From Octopus sinensis (taxonomy: Eukaryota), in assembly GCF_006345805.1 (NCBI RefSeq), contig NC_042997.1:55180001-55244000 (forward strand): a stretch of 64,000 bases of DNA. Reading direction: 5' to 3'. The notes under the pieces were generated by a model. It did no database searches. It was not told the origin of the DNA and saw nothing but the letters and a program-made list of their open reading frames with translations. Of the stretch, positions 40,841-53,360 are shown in pieces (position 1 is the stretch's first letter; every line of letters starts with the position of its first letter). The position numbers were made by a program, and so were the translations under genes.

Positions 40841-41168
40841 CATGGCTAAGTGTTTAGAACGTCGAGCTTACGATCGTGAGGTTGTGAGCTCGAATCCCGG
40901 ACCGGGCTGCATGTTGTGCTCTTGAGCATGACACTTTATTTCACGTTGCTCCAGTTCACTCAGCTGCAGAAATGAGTTGCGACGTCACAGGTACCAAGCT
41001 GTATCTGCTGTTGCCTTTCCCATGGATAACACTGGTGGCGTGGAGAGTGGTGGCCGGTATGCATGGGCGACTGCTGGTCTTCCATAAACAACCTTACTCG
41101 GACTTGTGCCTGGGAAGGTAACTTTCTCGGTGCAATCCCATGGTCTGTGTCGTGACCGAAGGGGGTCT
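40841..41168 (+). mobile_element. tRNA-derived SINE (family of 7963-8229), more complete copy
   Basis: TGGCTAAGTGTTTAG A-box-like head, GCTCGAATCC B box, shared body. Confidence 0.8.
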
Positions 41169-41179
41169 CAGATATATGT

Positions 41180-41222
<43 letters not shown>

Positions 41223-41279
41223 CATATGTATATACATATATATACACACACATATACATATATATATATATATAAAGTT

Positions 41280-41591
41280 AATCCAAATAAGAAAACAAAA
41301 AGACAACAACGCAAGGATGTGGAACAAATAAAGTATTATTGGACGCTCAGGAAAGAAGGGAAGAAGGAGGGTTTGACGATTCGAGCGGAGCTCTTCGTCG
41401 GAAACATAGGAGAAGGAAAGATCCCGAGACGGGAGGACAGAGGAAATAAATCGCCAGTGGTATTCACGAGGTCACATACTAAAAGATGGAAGTGGTAAAA
41501 ATGGAGGAAAATGTTTTTAAAAACAAGAGAGCTATATCAAAGAAGGAAAGGTAAAGAAGGTGTGCGATGATGACAAGTGTGTGTGTGTGAG

Positions 41592-41624
<33 letters not shown>

Positions 41625-41650
41625 ATGGTGGACAATGGCTAGTAGCAGGC
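41280..41650 (-). mobile_element. Penelope-like terminal repeat with hammerhead-like motif at 41371-41405
   Basis: Minus strand GTTT-CCGACGA-A-GAGC-tcc-GCTC-GAAT-CGTC-AAAC; homologous to 24500-24695. Confidence 0.6.
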
Positions 41651-41651
41651 A

Positions 41652-41762
<111 letters not shown>

Positions 41763-41994
41763 TATATATATATTTACACGCACGGAAGTCTGTGCGTGTG
41801 CGCGGGATGGGGGTGCACGGTTTAGTGTGCTGTGAGCGCTCCTCAGTGGTTGGATCTGTCCACTCGTAAATACATTATCCAATGTGTTTTGTAAGACGAT
41901 AGGATGTGATTTAAGGAAGATTTGGCTGCTACTTTTAGCAAGGTGAGTGGATACTTATATGTTCCTTTATTGTTAAGGCTACTGATAAGGAATG

Positions 41995-43510
41995 CCCCTT
42001 TTGTGGAATAAACAGCCAACTCTCTAAAGGTACCACTTTCGCTGCCGCTCACTGCTTGGACCACCAATCTACCGACAGGATCCGAGCAGATTGCCCGTGC
42101 TTCAAGACCTAAGGATTTTCGGAACAGCACTGTTACATCGCCACCACATCGACAACCCACAAAATGAGAATGTCTCATAGTCTTCGAAAATGGATGTTAG
42201 CGGATGCTTCTCGGAAATTCTCGCCTCACTAATGGCAGCCAAATCTAAACCAAGTGACTTGAGATCGTTGAGTGAGCTATCTTGCTTCCCGATCGAACCC
42301 AGGCTCGGAACATTTAGACTACCCACTCTAAGTTTTGCTATCTAGGTTAGAGAAAAGAAAAGGAAGTTGTTCGGATGATTGTTGCAACGGCTTTGTTTTT
42401 GCCTGAATGGGGGGAATGGGTAAAGTTTCTCTAGTTTGATTTCCTGGGGCTATTTACTAAAACCACAGATGTTCTGGGGGTAATTTCTTGTTTAAATCCA
42501 GATACATATTCATATCGATTTGTATTAGCATTATGTCCGACGGTGTTTTCGGGAGGAGTTCAGAATATCTCAGAATGTTTTTGCTGTCAGTTACTTCCTC
42601 AATCAGTTCAATGTCACTCTCCTGAGCAACAATAAAATTCATAAAGAACGTAAGTACACGAGTGTGTGGCTGCTAGTCATTTTGTTGTTCGGGCATTTCT
42701 TTTTGTGTTCATGCTTTTTTATTCGTTTGTAGCTCGAAAGCCTAACGAAGCCTTTGCCTTTGTGAGGCTTGAGTTACAGGAAAGAGGCCAATGTGTGCTA
42801 GTTTTAGCCTTCTCACGTAATGTCTGAGAATAGGATTTTTCCTGTGGAGTTGGTAGTAACGATGGAGAGCATCATACTCTCTCCAACACAGCAGTAAAAA
42901 GCTCTGAAGTGGTTTGAGTTCCCACACACGAAGCATCTGGGGCTTTTCCCTCTATAAACAACGGCATCTGCTCGCATTCCTCGAAACAGAAGTAATCGGG
43001 AATGCGATTGAATTCCCGTTGTGGGGCGGTCTTCCCTATGCTGCTTCAGAATGACTAGAACTCTTGTCAGATCTCGATGAACCGGTATGTTCTTGATTCG
43101 AATTCGAGTCGAATTTTAACCCATATAATAAGGTATATTTAAAAAGATATGGGACGTACAAGTAATTGTTGCCATTCTTCTGGCTCCTTGCTCGGTGATG
43201 CACATAGCAGCTACTGTCACATACAGTTTTCCTGTTGGCCCCTTGTGGGCAATAAAGAAATTGTACTTTTTTCCTGTATATGTGTGTAGCACTAAGGGCC
43301 ATAGTCCTTGGAGGCATTTTTCAGTTTCTGTCGGAGTAGGAAATTTAAGTTTTCACTCCTGGCGAGAAACGCATTTATACACTATGTTTTTTTTTTCAAT
43401 AACCCTTTTCCTCCTCACTAAGCGACAAAATACCTGGTTTTACAAAACTATCTTTGTGCTAGAAGGCTTTACCTTTCGGATCTTGTACCGAATGCAGGGT
43501 CCACTGGCTA
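41995..43510 (-). mobile_element. 5' part of a degenerate Tx1/L1-like LINE (ORF1 with zinc knuckle, N-terminal half of APE endonuclease)
   Basis: PRCFVCGNSNHFRAFYC knuckle (42891-42941); then GSLNVPSL..KQ..LNDLKSLGLDLAAISEARI and GGDVTVLFRKSL...SDPVGRLVV...FRELAVY endonuclease motifs; 5' boundary approximate. Confidence 0.8.
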
Positions 43511-44269
43511 ACTAACTCTCAAGAAACAAGTTGTTATCGTGGTTTTGCATGTTGTTATTGTTGTTGCTGTTGCTGTTGTTGTTGTTGTTGTTGTTGCTGT
43601 TGCTGCTGTTTTCCGCAAAGTTTATTTTGTTGTTACCGCTGTGGTCGATGTTGCTGTTAATGACTACAATCTTGTTTTCGTTCACGCTCTTGCTGTTGTT
43701 GTTGTTTTAGTTCTTGTTGTTCACGTTCATGCTGTTGCTGTTATTGCTGTTTCTGCCGCTGCTGCTGTTGTACACATTGTCGATATTGTTGTTGTTATTG
43801 TTATTTGCTGTCACTATTGTTGATGCTCGTTGTATTTTTGTATGTATTGGGTGTCGTAATAGCAACAAGACTAAATTCCATTACCTTGATTGGATAAATT
43901 CATTTGAGCTCCAAATTGCCTGCCACTGACACCTTGTTCAGTTGTCATGGTTAAATTGGGAGTCAAAACGGGTTGACAGAAAACTGTCCACAATAGATTA
44001 TTATTTTTTTGTCGTATTCCGACATTTTTTAAAATTGTAAAAAAAAAAAAAAGAAATGCAAAATATAGTTGATGTACACCCCTCAAAAGAGGGTTTTAAT
44101 TGAAGAGAAATGTTACCACTTCGATCTACAGATTACGTCAGCAAAATAGTTACCACAAGCCGAAACAATTGATATAACTCTTAAAACTTACGGAGCGTCA
44201 AGTTACCGTGACTTCTCAGTATGGCGACCATAATGATAGTGATGCTGTTGCTGCTGATTATGATCATGA

Positions 44270-44337
<68 letters not shown>

Positions 44338-44344
44338 TAATAAT

Positions 44345-44566
44345 AATAATAATAATAATACTTTCTACTATAAGTACACGATCTGAAATTTTGGGGAGAG
44401 GTAAGTCGATTACACCGACCCCAATGCTTGATTGGCACTTATTTCATCGTCCCCCAGGGATGAAAGGTAAAGTCGACGTCGACAGAATTTGGACTGAAAA
44501 CGTAAAGACGGACAGAATACCGCTAAGCATTTCGCCCGGTTTGCTAACGATTCTGCCAGCTTGCCA
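44345..44566 (-). mobile_element. Deu/Nin-like SINE flanked by (TAA)n tracts
   Basis: Reverse complement GGCAAGCTGGCAGAATCGTTAGC head, GTCGACTTTACCTTTCATCCC core. Confidence 0.8.
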
Positions 44567-44583
44567 TAATAATAATAATAATA

Positions 44584-44616
<33 letters not shown>

Positions 44617-44624
44617 TGATGATG

Positions 44625-44664
<40 letters not shown>

Positions 44665-44665
44665 T

Positions 44666-45120
44666 AAAATCCTGTGGGATGTAATGATCCAGTGCGATCG
44701 CCTGACCAGACATAGGAAACCGGACAGGGTTGTGGTGAATAAAAAAAGAAAGAACATGTATGATAATCGACATAGCATGCTCCGGTGACAACAGGGTCAA
44801 TGTGAAAATAGAAGAAAAAATAAACAACTATGACGATGTAAAGTGCGAAATACGAAGGTTGTGGTCAATGAAGAGAGTATACGTGATACCAATAGTAATT
44901 GGCGCACTTGGATGTATCAGAACTCAAATACCAACGTGGCTGAAAACGATCGGTGCAACTGTGAAGGTAGAACACCTACAAAAATCAGCATTGTATGGGA
45001 CTGCAAGAATTCTTCGCAGGGTTCTTGAAACATGACCAGTAAACAAGTGTCACCTTTTTCTGCTGGCTGTGAACAGCTGGCACTTCCCATCATACCCAGC
45101 AAAATAAGCCGTGAATTTTC

Positions 45121-45122
<2 letters not shown>
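44666..45122 (+). mobile_element. 5'-truncated R4/Dong-like LINE with an uninterrupted RLE reading frame and 3' UTR, flanked by (TAA)n
   Basis: 44666-45035 KILWDVMIQCDRLTRHRKPDRVVVNKKRRTCMIIDIAC...KINNYDDVK...IPIVIGALG...LQKSALYGTARILRRVLET*; (TAA)n on both sides. Confidence 0.92.
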
Positions 45123-45180
<58 letters not shown>

Positions 45181-45182
<2 letters not shown>

Positions 45183-45736
45183 GCCCTGATGCAGTACCAG
45201 GCAGTGGCTCTCATGGCTTCTGATCTTAACTGATTGGAAGTGTTATCATGTACATTGTTTTGTCTTGGTATAAAAGATAGGCTACAGCAAATATTCTGCT
45301 CAATACCACAGATTTGCTTGTCAGTTGTTTGACCTTAACCAGTTGAGCATGTCCCTTAGTGGCTGACGATATGTGCATCTCTGATCACGAGCAGACGTAG
45401 TGGGGAAGCATCATAGCCATGTGTTGAGAGGGATTCTTTGGGGTTTGAATAATTCACCTCTGGAAACATGGGTGGTTCTTTCAACATCCTTAAACAACCC
45501 TTATTCAGGGACCTTTTGAGCGGGATGGGCTACTCAACCTGAAGAAAATTCTAACTGGGCCCCACCTGCAAGGTCATGTGCTGTTTATCTTGATATGAGA
45601 TCACCATGTCGCGCACATATGGTTGTGATGCATGTGCCTGGTGTACCCTTATCAGACGGGTAGTCATGATGGGTATATTGGGCTTCGTATATTTTACCCC
45701 AGTGTCACTTTGATTGCATGCACTGCTCTCTCACTC
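45181..45736 (+). mobile_element. ~555-bp TAA-associated non-coding retroelement, copy B (longest)
   Basis: Flanked by (TAA)n both sides; very close to copy C. Confidence 0.9.
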
Positions 45737-45779
<43 letters not shown>

Positions 45780-46172
45780 GAGCATAACAAACCGGACCTA
45801 TAGGTGATCGACAAGATGCATCACATGTGCTATATAGTTGATGTTGCGTGTTCCTTTGACTCATGAATAGTCAAGAAGGAAGGCAAAAATATAAATACAA
45901 CCCTCTTAAGTACGAAATAGCCTGGTTATGTAAAATGAAGAAGGTGAAGGTAGTGCCAATTATTGTTTGGTTCTTGGGGACAGTATCAGAAGGCATCAAG
46001 AAGAATATAAAGGAAATTGGAATAGAGTGCCCAGTAGAACTGTTACAAAACATTTGCCTCCTTGGCGCAGCTAAAATAATCAAGAACGGACAGCATGGTA
46101 CTGTAGGCTGCAGGTAGCAAGCCCGCCACGAATGCAAGACTCCAGGAATTCCAACAAAATCTGTGCTAAAGT
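45780..46172 (+). mobile_element. 5'-truncated R4/Dong-like LINE fragment, degenerate
   Basis: EHNKPDL*VIDK..CYIVDVAC; KYNPLKYEIAWLCKMKKVKVVPIIVWFLGTVS...LQNICLLGAAKII; preceded by (TAA)n, short TAA/CAA tail. Confidence 0.85.
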
Positions 46173-46593
46173 AAATAAATAAATAATAATAACAACAACA
46201 ACTATGAAGTAAAAGAATAAGCAACAAAAGTTATGCAACAATTGAAATCCCAACTAAAACTGGAACAGCAACGGATCATGATAAAACGATGACAAGCAAA
46301 GCCCCTTCATGGCAAATATTGGGTTAAACTAAACGCAAAAGAAATAGACAGAGCAAAATCCCAACATTAAAAGTGTTGGACTATATCCGAGTAAATACAT
46401 ATTGGACTATATCCGATTAAGTACACATCACAAACACGTAAGTACGTAAACTAATTAACTACGTATACACCCCAGTTTTACATTAACACAATTTAATATT
46501 TCAAAATAACATTAAGTAATGTATAAACAGGATGCACACACATAAGCGAATCGAATAAAAACAAAAAGACAAATACTAGTCATTATTGATCAC

Positions 46594-47825
46594 GACAAAA
46601 TAATGGAGACACCTAGAATCATAGCATCATAATTTTGAAATATCCATAAAACCATCAAAAGCTTGTTTATTTTAATATTTTTGATTTATTATTAGTGTTG
46701 CTTAATATGTTTTCCTAAAATTGCAGTTTCTTTTCAGATATCATCAGAAAAAGGTAATTAAAATTCGTTAAACTGACAGATCTATCAGACTTTCAAAAAG
46801 GTCAAAATGTTGGCACTAGCGTATGGCAGGCACCAGCGTAACGAAAAAAGCTGAAATGTTTGGTGTATCAAGAAGTATTGTCTCGAAAGTAATGACAGCC
46901 TCGTCGAAACAAAACTTCGGAAGAAAACCAAAGACTTTCAAATAGGTACCGTCGGACTCTTACGCGATTTGTTACAAAGGATTACAAAAGTACAGCTCCC
47001 AAAATTACTGCAGTATTTAATGACCACCTCGAAAACCCAGTTTCCACAAAAAACTGTTCGCCGAGAGCTGCACAAAGCAGGATTTTACGGAAGGGCTGCA
47101 ATCAGAAAAGCACTACTTTCAAAGACAAATGTTGCAAAGTGTTTAGAGTGGAGTAAAAACCCACAGAATTGGTCCCTAGAGCAGTGAAAAAATGTTATTT
47201 TCTCAGACGAGTCATCCATTACCTTATTTCCGACCACCGGCCGAGTATACGTGTGGAGACAGCCAAAAGAAGCATTTGACCGAGACTGCCTTCTTCCAAC
47301 TGTTAAACATGGAGGAGGATCTGTGATGATCTAGGGGCGCTATATCTTGGAAATCTGCCAGCCCAATGGTTTCCCTTCATGGCAGAATTAATAATAAAGA
47401 CTATTTAAGCATTTTATCTGATCAAATTCATTCTACGGCTGTGGAACTGTTTCCGCAGTGAAACGCAATCTTTCAGGATGATAATGCACCAATTCGCACA
47501 GCTAAAGTTATTACTGAATGGCACGCGGAACATTCTAGTGAAGTTGACATCTTATCTGGCCGCCACAGTCTCCAGATCTCTATATTATTGAACATTTATG
47601 GTGCATTTTAGAAAAAAAAAAAAAACAGGTAAGGAGTCGATATCTTCCACCACCATTACTACAAGAACTGGAGACTGTTTTAGCTGAAGAATGGACAAAA
47701 ATTCCTTTGGAAGCAATTAAAACTTTGCACAAGTCCATACCTCGTAGAATTCAAGCTGTAATTACTACCCCATATTAAAATAAATTTGTTTGAAATTTTA
47801 AGGTGTTTCTATTATTTTGTCCAAC

Positions 47826-47828
<3 letters not shown>
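46594..47828 (+). mobile_element. Tc1-like DD36E transposon, inactive copy 2
   Basis: Partial left TIR GACAAAATAATGGAGACACCT; right TIR AGGTGTTTCTATTATTTTGTCCAACCAC + TA; collinear with 10886-12121 but with different lesions. Confidence 0.92.
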
Positions 47829-47859
<31 letters not shown>

Positions 47860-47999
47860 CGGCATTAAACAAATATATACCCCCACGGAAAAGTAGGAGT
47901 GGACATTAGTTTTTTTTCTTCTTTGTCTCGTTTGACTACATTAATATATTTATAATTATAGAAGCGGTAGTCTATCAAATTGTCTACGCAAATAGATAA

Positions 48000-50900
48000 G
48001 ACCCGGAGCCTAGTACTCACATGCAAATGTTAATGACAATTAGCCAAAACTTATGTTGGATCAGAGGAAATATTAACAATGAAAAATAGTAAAACATGAA
48101 AATAATAATATCAGTGATGATAATAGTAATAAAGGAAGTAAGTGGTCGGAATTTCCCTATGTTCTGATCGAAGATACATTTAGTGATGGTGTCACAATAA
48201 AAACACTGGTAACTGCGCAACCTGATAATCGCTACCTCATATGGGTGACAGTGAAAAAACAAAATATTGGGAATAACAGTGGGAATGAAACTGAAACCTT
48301 TGATGGTGACAGTATTGCACTCGGCAGGCTCAGAGATACTGGTCCGGCTCCAGCCTGTCGTTATCCAGCAACCCAGCAATGGATTAGTATACATGACGTT
48401 GATAGAACAAACAAGTCAATGCTGTGGTCATGGAGTGTTACTATCTGAGAAGTCCTGTAGACGAAAATGGTGCTCATATTGGAGGATACTGACAACGTAG
48501 GTATGATCAGTGGAGAGAAAGAAGATTGTTTCAACACACGGAAAAGAGATTATGCGCTCAAACTAGAGCAATAAGAAACTTGGAGCTATCATTGAAGAAA
48601 TCAGCAGCAGAGGAAACGATGAAAATACAGTTCTTACTGATAAATGTAATCTCATAGCAGAAAATAGAGGTGAGATAAACCACAAGAAAGGAACAGTGAT
48701 AGCTTGCTCAATGAGAGACATATAGATGGTCTGGCAGAAGACAATAAAACTAATGGTGACATGACAGACGAGTAAAAGGCAATCTACGACAGAATAAAAG
48801 CAAGGGTACAGGAGAACGACAGCGACATTATTTGCAAACTTAAATAGGTTGATCGGTGGAAATCGAACCAAGAAACGAAAAATGTGATTGAAATTCTGAA
48901 ATACATCAGAACAAAAAAACAACAACAAAAAAACATCACAAACAAAAAATTTGATCAAGGCAGCAAGTATTGTTGAAGCAGAAAATGTGGGTGTTGAAAT
49001 ATAATGGGAGTGCCAAAAGAAAAGGTCCATGGTGGAAAAGAAGAATACAGCCAAGGTTAGATATGCGCTGTGTTGGACCGAAAAGAGAAGGGGGAGCTTA
49101 AAAACGAAGTAAAATACAGGGAATATAATATTGAAAGAAAGGGACTGAAAGTGGTAATGGATGAACTGAAACAGCGCCTCGTTGCAAATAAAGCAAAGAT
49201 GGTAAGATACGACCAAAGAATGAAGGGATGCCAGCAGAATAGGAATTTCAGAGTAGAATACCAGATAACATTGAAAGTAAAAGGTTTTGGAGTGACATCT
49301 GAAGCATAGACAAGGAGCACAAGAAGGATGCTCAATGGTTGCAAGAACTGAAACAAACAATAGTTTGTCCACAACAGGCAGAGCTAGTCATTTTAGTTAG
49401 GGAAGTGAAGGAAATCAGCAAAAAAGTGGGCAGCTGAAAGGCCCCGAGACCAGATGAAGTTCAAGGCTACTAGATCAAAAGATATGGTGAATGTCATGCA
49501 CGAAGAGCTGCACAACTCATCACCTTGTTAAATGCCGACCAAGTAACACCAGAGGGGTTGACAATAGGTAGGACAGTGTTGTGCCTGAAAAACTTCGAAA
49601 AAGGCAATACGGTAGACAACTATAAACCGATGTCCGGCTTGCTACTTATGTGGAAATTATTGACTGGAATAGTCACAGAGTCAATGTACGAACATCTGGA
49701 AAAATGGAGTCCTGTTACATGAGCAGAAGGGATGCAAGTGTAAGTGCAGAGGTACCAAGGATCAACTCCTGGTAGACAAAACTGTACTTAGAGATTGCAA
49801 GAGGAGTAAAACTAACTTAGCCATGTCATGGATTGATTATCGTAGGGCATACGATATGATCCCACATTCTTAGATTGTGGAATGTATGAACCTATTTCGT
49901 ATTGCATCGAATGTTGAGCGATTGCTTGGAAAAGTATGGCGAAGTGGAGGACGGAACTGACAACATATAGAAGAATTTTATGGACAATAGAAATCAGGAG
50001 AGGTATTCTTCCAAGGGGACTGCCTGTCTCCCCTGATCTTTGTACTGTGCATAATATCACTAACACTGATTCTGAGGAAAGCAAAGGTTGGGTATGTAAT
50101 CAAGAGCCGCAAACAAAATGTCAACCACTTGTTATTCATAGATGACTTCAAATTTTATGGTGAAGATGAATCCCAAGTCAGTTCACTCGTTGATACAGTG
50201 TATACTTTCAGTGCTGATATCAGCATGGAGTTCGGACTTAAGAAGTGTGATCTGTTAGTCTTGATAAGAAGCAAAATCAAATGTATGAACGGGCTAGTGA
50301 TACTGTTAGGGGAGGATATAAAGCGAATAGAAAAGACGAGCTATATGTACTTTGGGATATTGGAAATGGATAAATTGATGGAGAAAGAAATGACAGAAAA
50401 ATCTAAGGTGGAGTACTTGCGAGGACTGAGACAGATGCTTAAGTCGAAATTAAACGGACGGAATAAGATTGAAGCTATCAACATCTGGTCGGTTTCACTA
50501 CTTAGATATGGAGCAGGAGTAATCGCATGGACAGTAGACGAACTAAACAGCTTAGAGAGAAAGACAAGGAAGTTGCCGATTAGATATGGGATACTCCACC
50601 CAAAAAGTGATACTGATAGACTGTATGTATCAAGAAAAAGGGGGAAGAGGATTGATTGGATGCGAACACAGCATTAGTGCTGAAGAAAACAATATAGCAT
50701 GGTATGTAAAAAATTCTACAGAACCGCTATTATTAGCAGTAAGAAGTTTCAGGCTTGTGTAGGATGGAAGATTGCAAAGATAAAGCACGGTACAAGCACT
50801 TGAGAATGAAGGAAACTGAAAATAGGTGGATGAAGAAAAGAATGCATGGACAATTTCGTAGAGATGTTGAGGATAGGCCATAGAAAATAGATTGCTATGG

Positions 50901-51421
50901 ATGACTAAAAGTGATTTAAAACCGGAAACGGAGGCTCTAATCTGTGCTGCCCAAGAGCAAGCGTTAAGAGTCAATTACATCAAATACAGAATAGGCAACA
51001 CATCAGAAAGTGATAAGTGCAGAATTTTTGGACAAAATAGTTAAACCATATGGCGTATTGGACAAAATGATGAAACCGTACGGCATACGCCACTAGCTCA
51101 GAAAGAATATAAGAGGCGCCATCGTAATATAGCGAGGGCTGTCCATTGGACACTTTGCAACAAGTATGGACTTGACAGAGCAAATGATTCAGTGCGACCA
51201 TGAGATAGAGAATAGGAAACCAGACATAGTGTTAATTGAGAAAGAAAGCAAACGATGCTGGATCATAGATATAGCATGCCCAGCTAACAACAAGGTATGC
51301 GACAAGGAAGAAAGAAAAGTCGATAGATATGACAGGTTAGCTTGGGAGGTTAAGAAGGTGAAAAAGGTGGTTGTAGTAGTAATAGTAGTAGTGGTAATAG
51401 TAGTAGTAGTATTATTATTAT

Positions 51422-51456
<35 letters not shown>

Positions 51457-51682
51457 CCAATAATTGTCGGAGCCCTGGAAACAGAGAGTAAAAATCTTGA
51501 GAAGTACACGAAACAAATAAGGGCTGTAATAAGGCTGGAACACTTGCAGAAAACAGCAGTGCTTGGAACCGCTTGAATACTCTGGATGGTGCTCGAAAAA
51601 ATAAAGGGGTGTAACCTTAGTTCATTGGTAGTGAACGGCTGACACCGTAGTACATCTCCAGCGTTAGAAGCTGTGGAAAGAC
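48000..51682 (+). mobile_element. Near full-length degenerate R4/Dong-like non-LTR retrotransposon
   Basis: Collinear motifs: VMECYYL..EKRLCAQTRAI; ELKQRLVANKAKMVRYDQR; RT ([50 protein letters not shown]); MHGQF; ETEALICAAQEQAL; knuckle remnant; RLE (RKPDIV..IIDIACP..ERKVDRY..LAWEV, PIIVGAL, LQKTAVLGTA); 3' UTR then (TAA)n. 5' boundary uncertain. Confidence 0.92.
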
Positions 51683-51687
51683 AATAA

Positions 51688-51823
<136 letters not shown>

Positions 51824-51845
51824 TAATAATAATAATAATTATAAT

Positions 51846-52255
51846 GAGCAGATACCAGAAGGGGTATAAGAGAATGATAAATTTAAGCCAAATTATCGAT
51901 ACCTCCACCCAAGAGATATTAGAGTGAAAAATAAAGTGCATGAAACGATGAAGTATGAGCCACTGAAGGAGAAGATTGGAAAAATGTAAGGTATGAAGAA
52001 GGTCTTAGTGAGTCCAGTGGTAGTGGGAACATTGGGATGCATATCAGACAGATTCAAGGCCAGTAAATAAAATCGGAGTCGATGTAATGTTAAAGGTTAT
52101 GCATTAGACAACATTTCTTGGTGTAGCGAGTGTTTTAAGAAAGGCACAAAAAATTAAGCAGTAAGGGACCTTTGTCAACTTGTTGTTCATTGCCCTCTCA
52201 CTGAAATGTGCGTACCGTTTAACATCCAAGTGTCTGAGATTTACAAAAATGAAAC
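51846..52255 (+). mobile_element. 5'-truncated, internally deleted R4/Dong-like fragment between (TAA)n tracts
   Basis: QIPEGV*ENDKFK; KYEPLKEKIGKM*GMKKVLVSPVVVGTLGCIS. Confidence 0.8.
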
Positions 52256-52345
<90 letters not shown>

Positions 52346-52362
52346 TGATGATAATAATAATA

Positions 52363-52909
52363 GATGCAGTACCAGGCAGTGGCTCTCATGGCTTCTGATC
52401 TTAACTGATTGGAAGTATTATCATGTACATTGTTTTGTCTTGGTATAAAAGATGGGCTACAGCAATATTCTGCTCAATACCACAGATTGCTTGTCAGTTG
52501 TTTGACCATAACCAGTTGAGCATGTCCCTTAGTGGCTGACGATATGTGCATCTCTGATCACGAGCAGAAGTAGTGGGGGAGCATCATAGCCATGTGTTGA
52601 GAGGGATTCTTTGGGGTTTGAATAATTCACCTCTGGAAACATGGGTGGTTCTTTCAACATCCTTAAACAACCCTTATTCAGGGACCTTTTGAGCGGGATG
52701 GGCTACTCAACCTGAAGAAAATTCTAACTGGGCCCCACCTGCAAGGTCATGTGCTGTTTATCTTGATATGAGATCACCATGTCGCGCACATATGGTTGTG
52801 ATGCATGTGCCTGGTGTACCTTTATCAGACGGGTAGTCATGAAGGGTATATTGGGCTTCGTATATTTTACCCCAGTGTCACTTTGATTGCATGCACTGCT
52901 CTCTCACTC
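52363..52909 (+). mobile_element. TAA-associated non-coding retroelement, copy C
   Basis: Near-identical to copy B, ~6 nt shorter at the 5' end, (TAA)n both sides. Confidence 0.9.
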
Positions 52910-52933
52910 AATAATAATAATAATAATAATATA

Positions 52934-52988
<55 letters not shown>

Positions 52989-52990
<2 letters not shown>

Positions 52991-53360
52991 AATCATAGAT
53001 AAGGAAAACTGAAGTTGCTTACTTATCGGTCCACTTGCCCGTTTGATTCCAGGATCGTAAAGAAAGCGGAAGATAAACAAAGAAAATAAAATTTGAAATT
53101 TTGGAGCGTGTGAACCGTAAAGGTTGTGCCTATAATGATTGATGCGTTGGGAACAGTAAGCCAAGATATAGACAAATGGTCGAAGAAGAATGAAACAGAA
53201 TGCCCGATAGAGCACCCACAGAAAGTGTGCCTTTTAGAGAGAGGAAATATTATCAGGAGGGTTCTAAGTACTTGAAAGACTGCCGAAAACACGTGGTTAC
53301 TTTAGGTTACAGGTAGTAACCCGCTACCCACGCTAATCATACCAGGAATAAGACCAAACC
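52989..53360 (+). mobile_element. 5'-truncated R4/Dong-like fragment, degenerate
   Basis: VKVVPIMIDALGTVSQDIDKW...ECPIEHPQKVCLL...IIRRVLST*; preceded by (TAA)n. Confidence 0.8.

Noticed and set aside
45335-45480. Type III hammerhead-like arrangement inside the 555-bp element (CATGTC-CCTTAGTGG-CTGACGA ... GAAACATG)
   Set aside because: Stem I is only 2 bp, the ~95-nt stem II region has no proper closing helix, and the pairing is not kept in copies A or D.
45380-45580. Short resemblances of the 555-bp element to U1 (GATCACGA, GTAGTGGGGGA) and U6 (GGCCCC..GCAAGG) snRNA
   Set aside because: Matches are 8-11 nt, wrongly spaced and without the rest of either RNA; compatible with chance.
48563-49372. 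269-aa minus-strand ORF (also 11..421 plus and 51189..51941 minus)
   Set aside because: Antisense to Dong-like LINE coding sequence; no independent protein signature.
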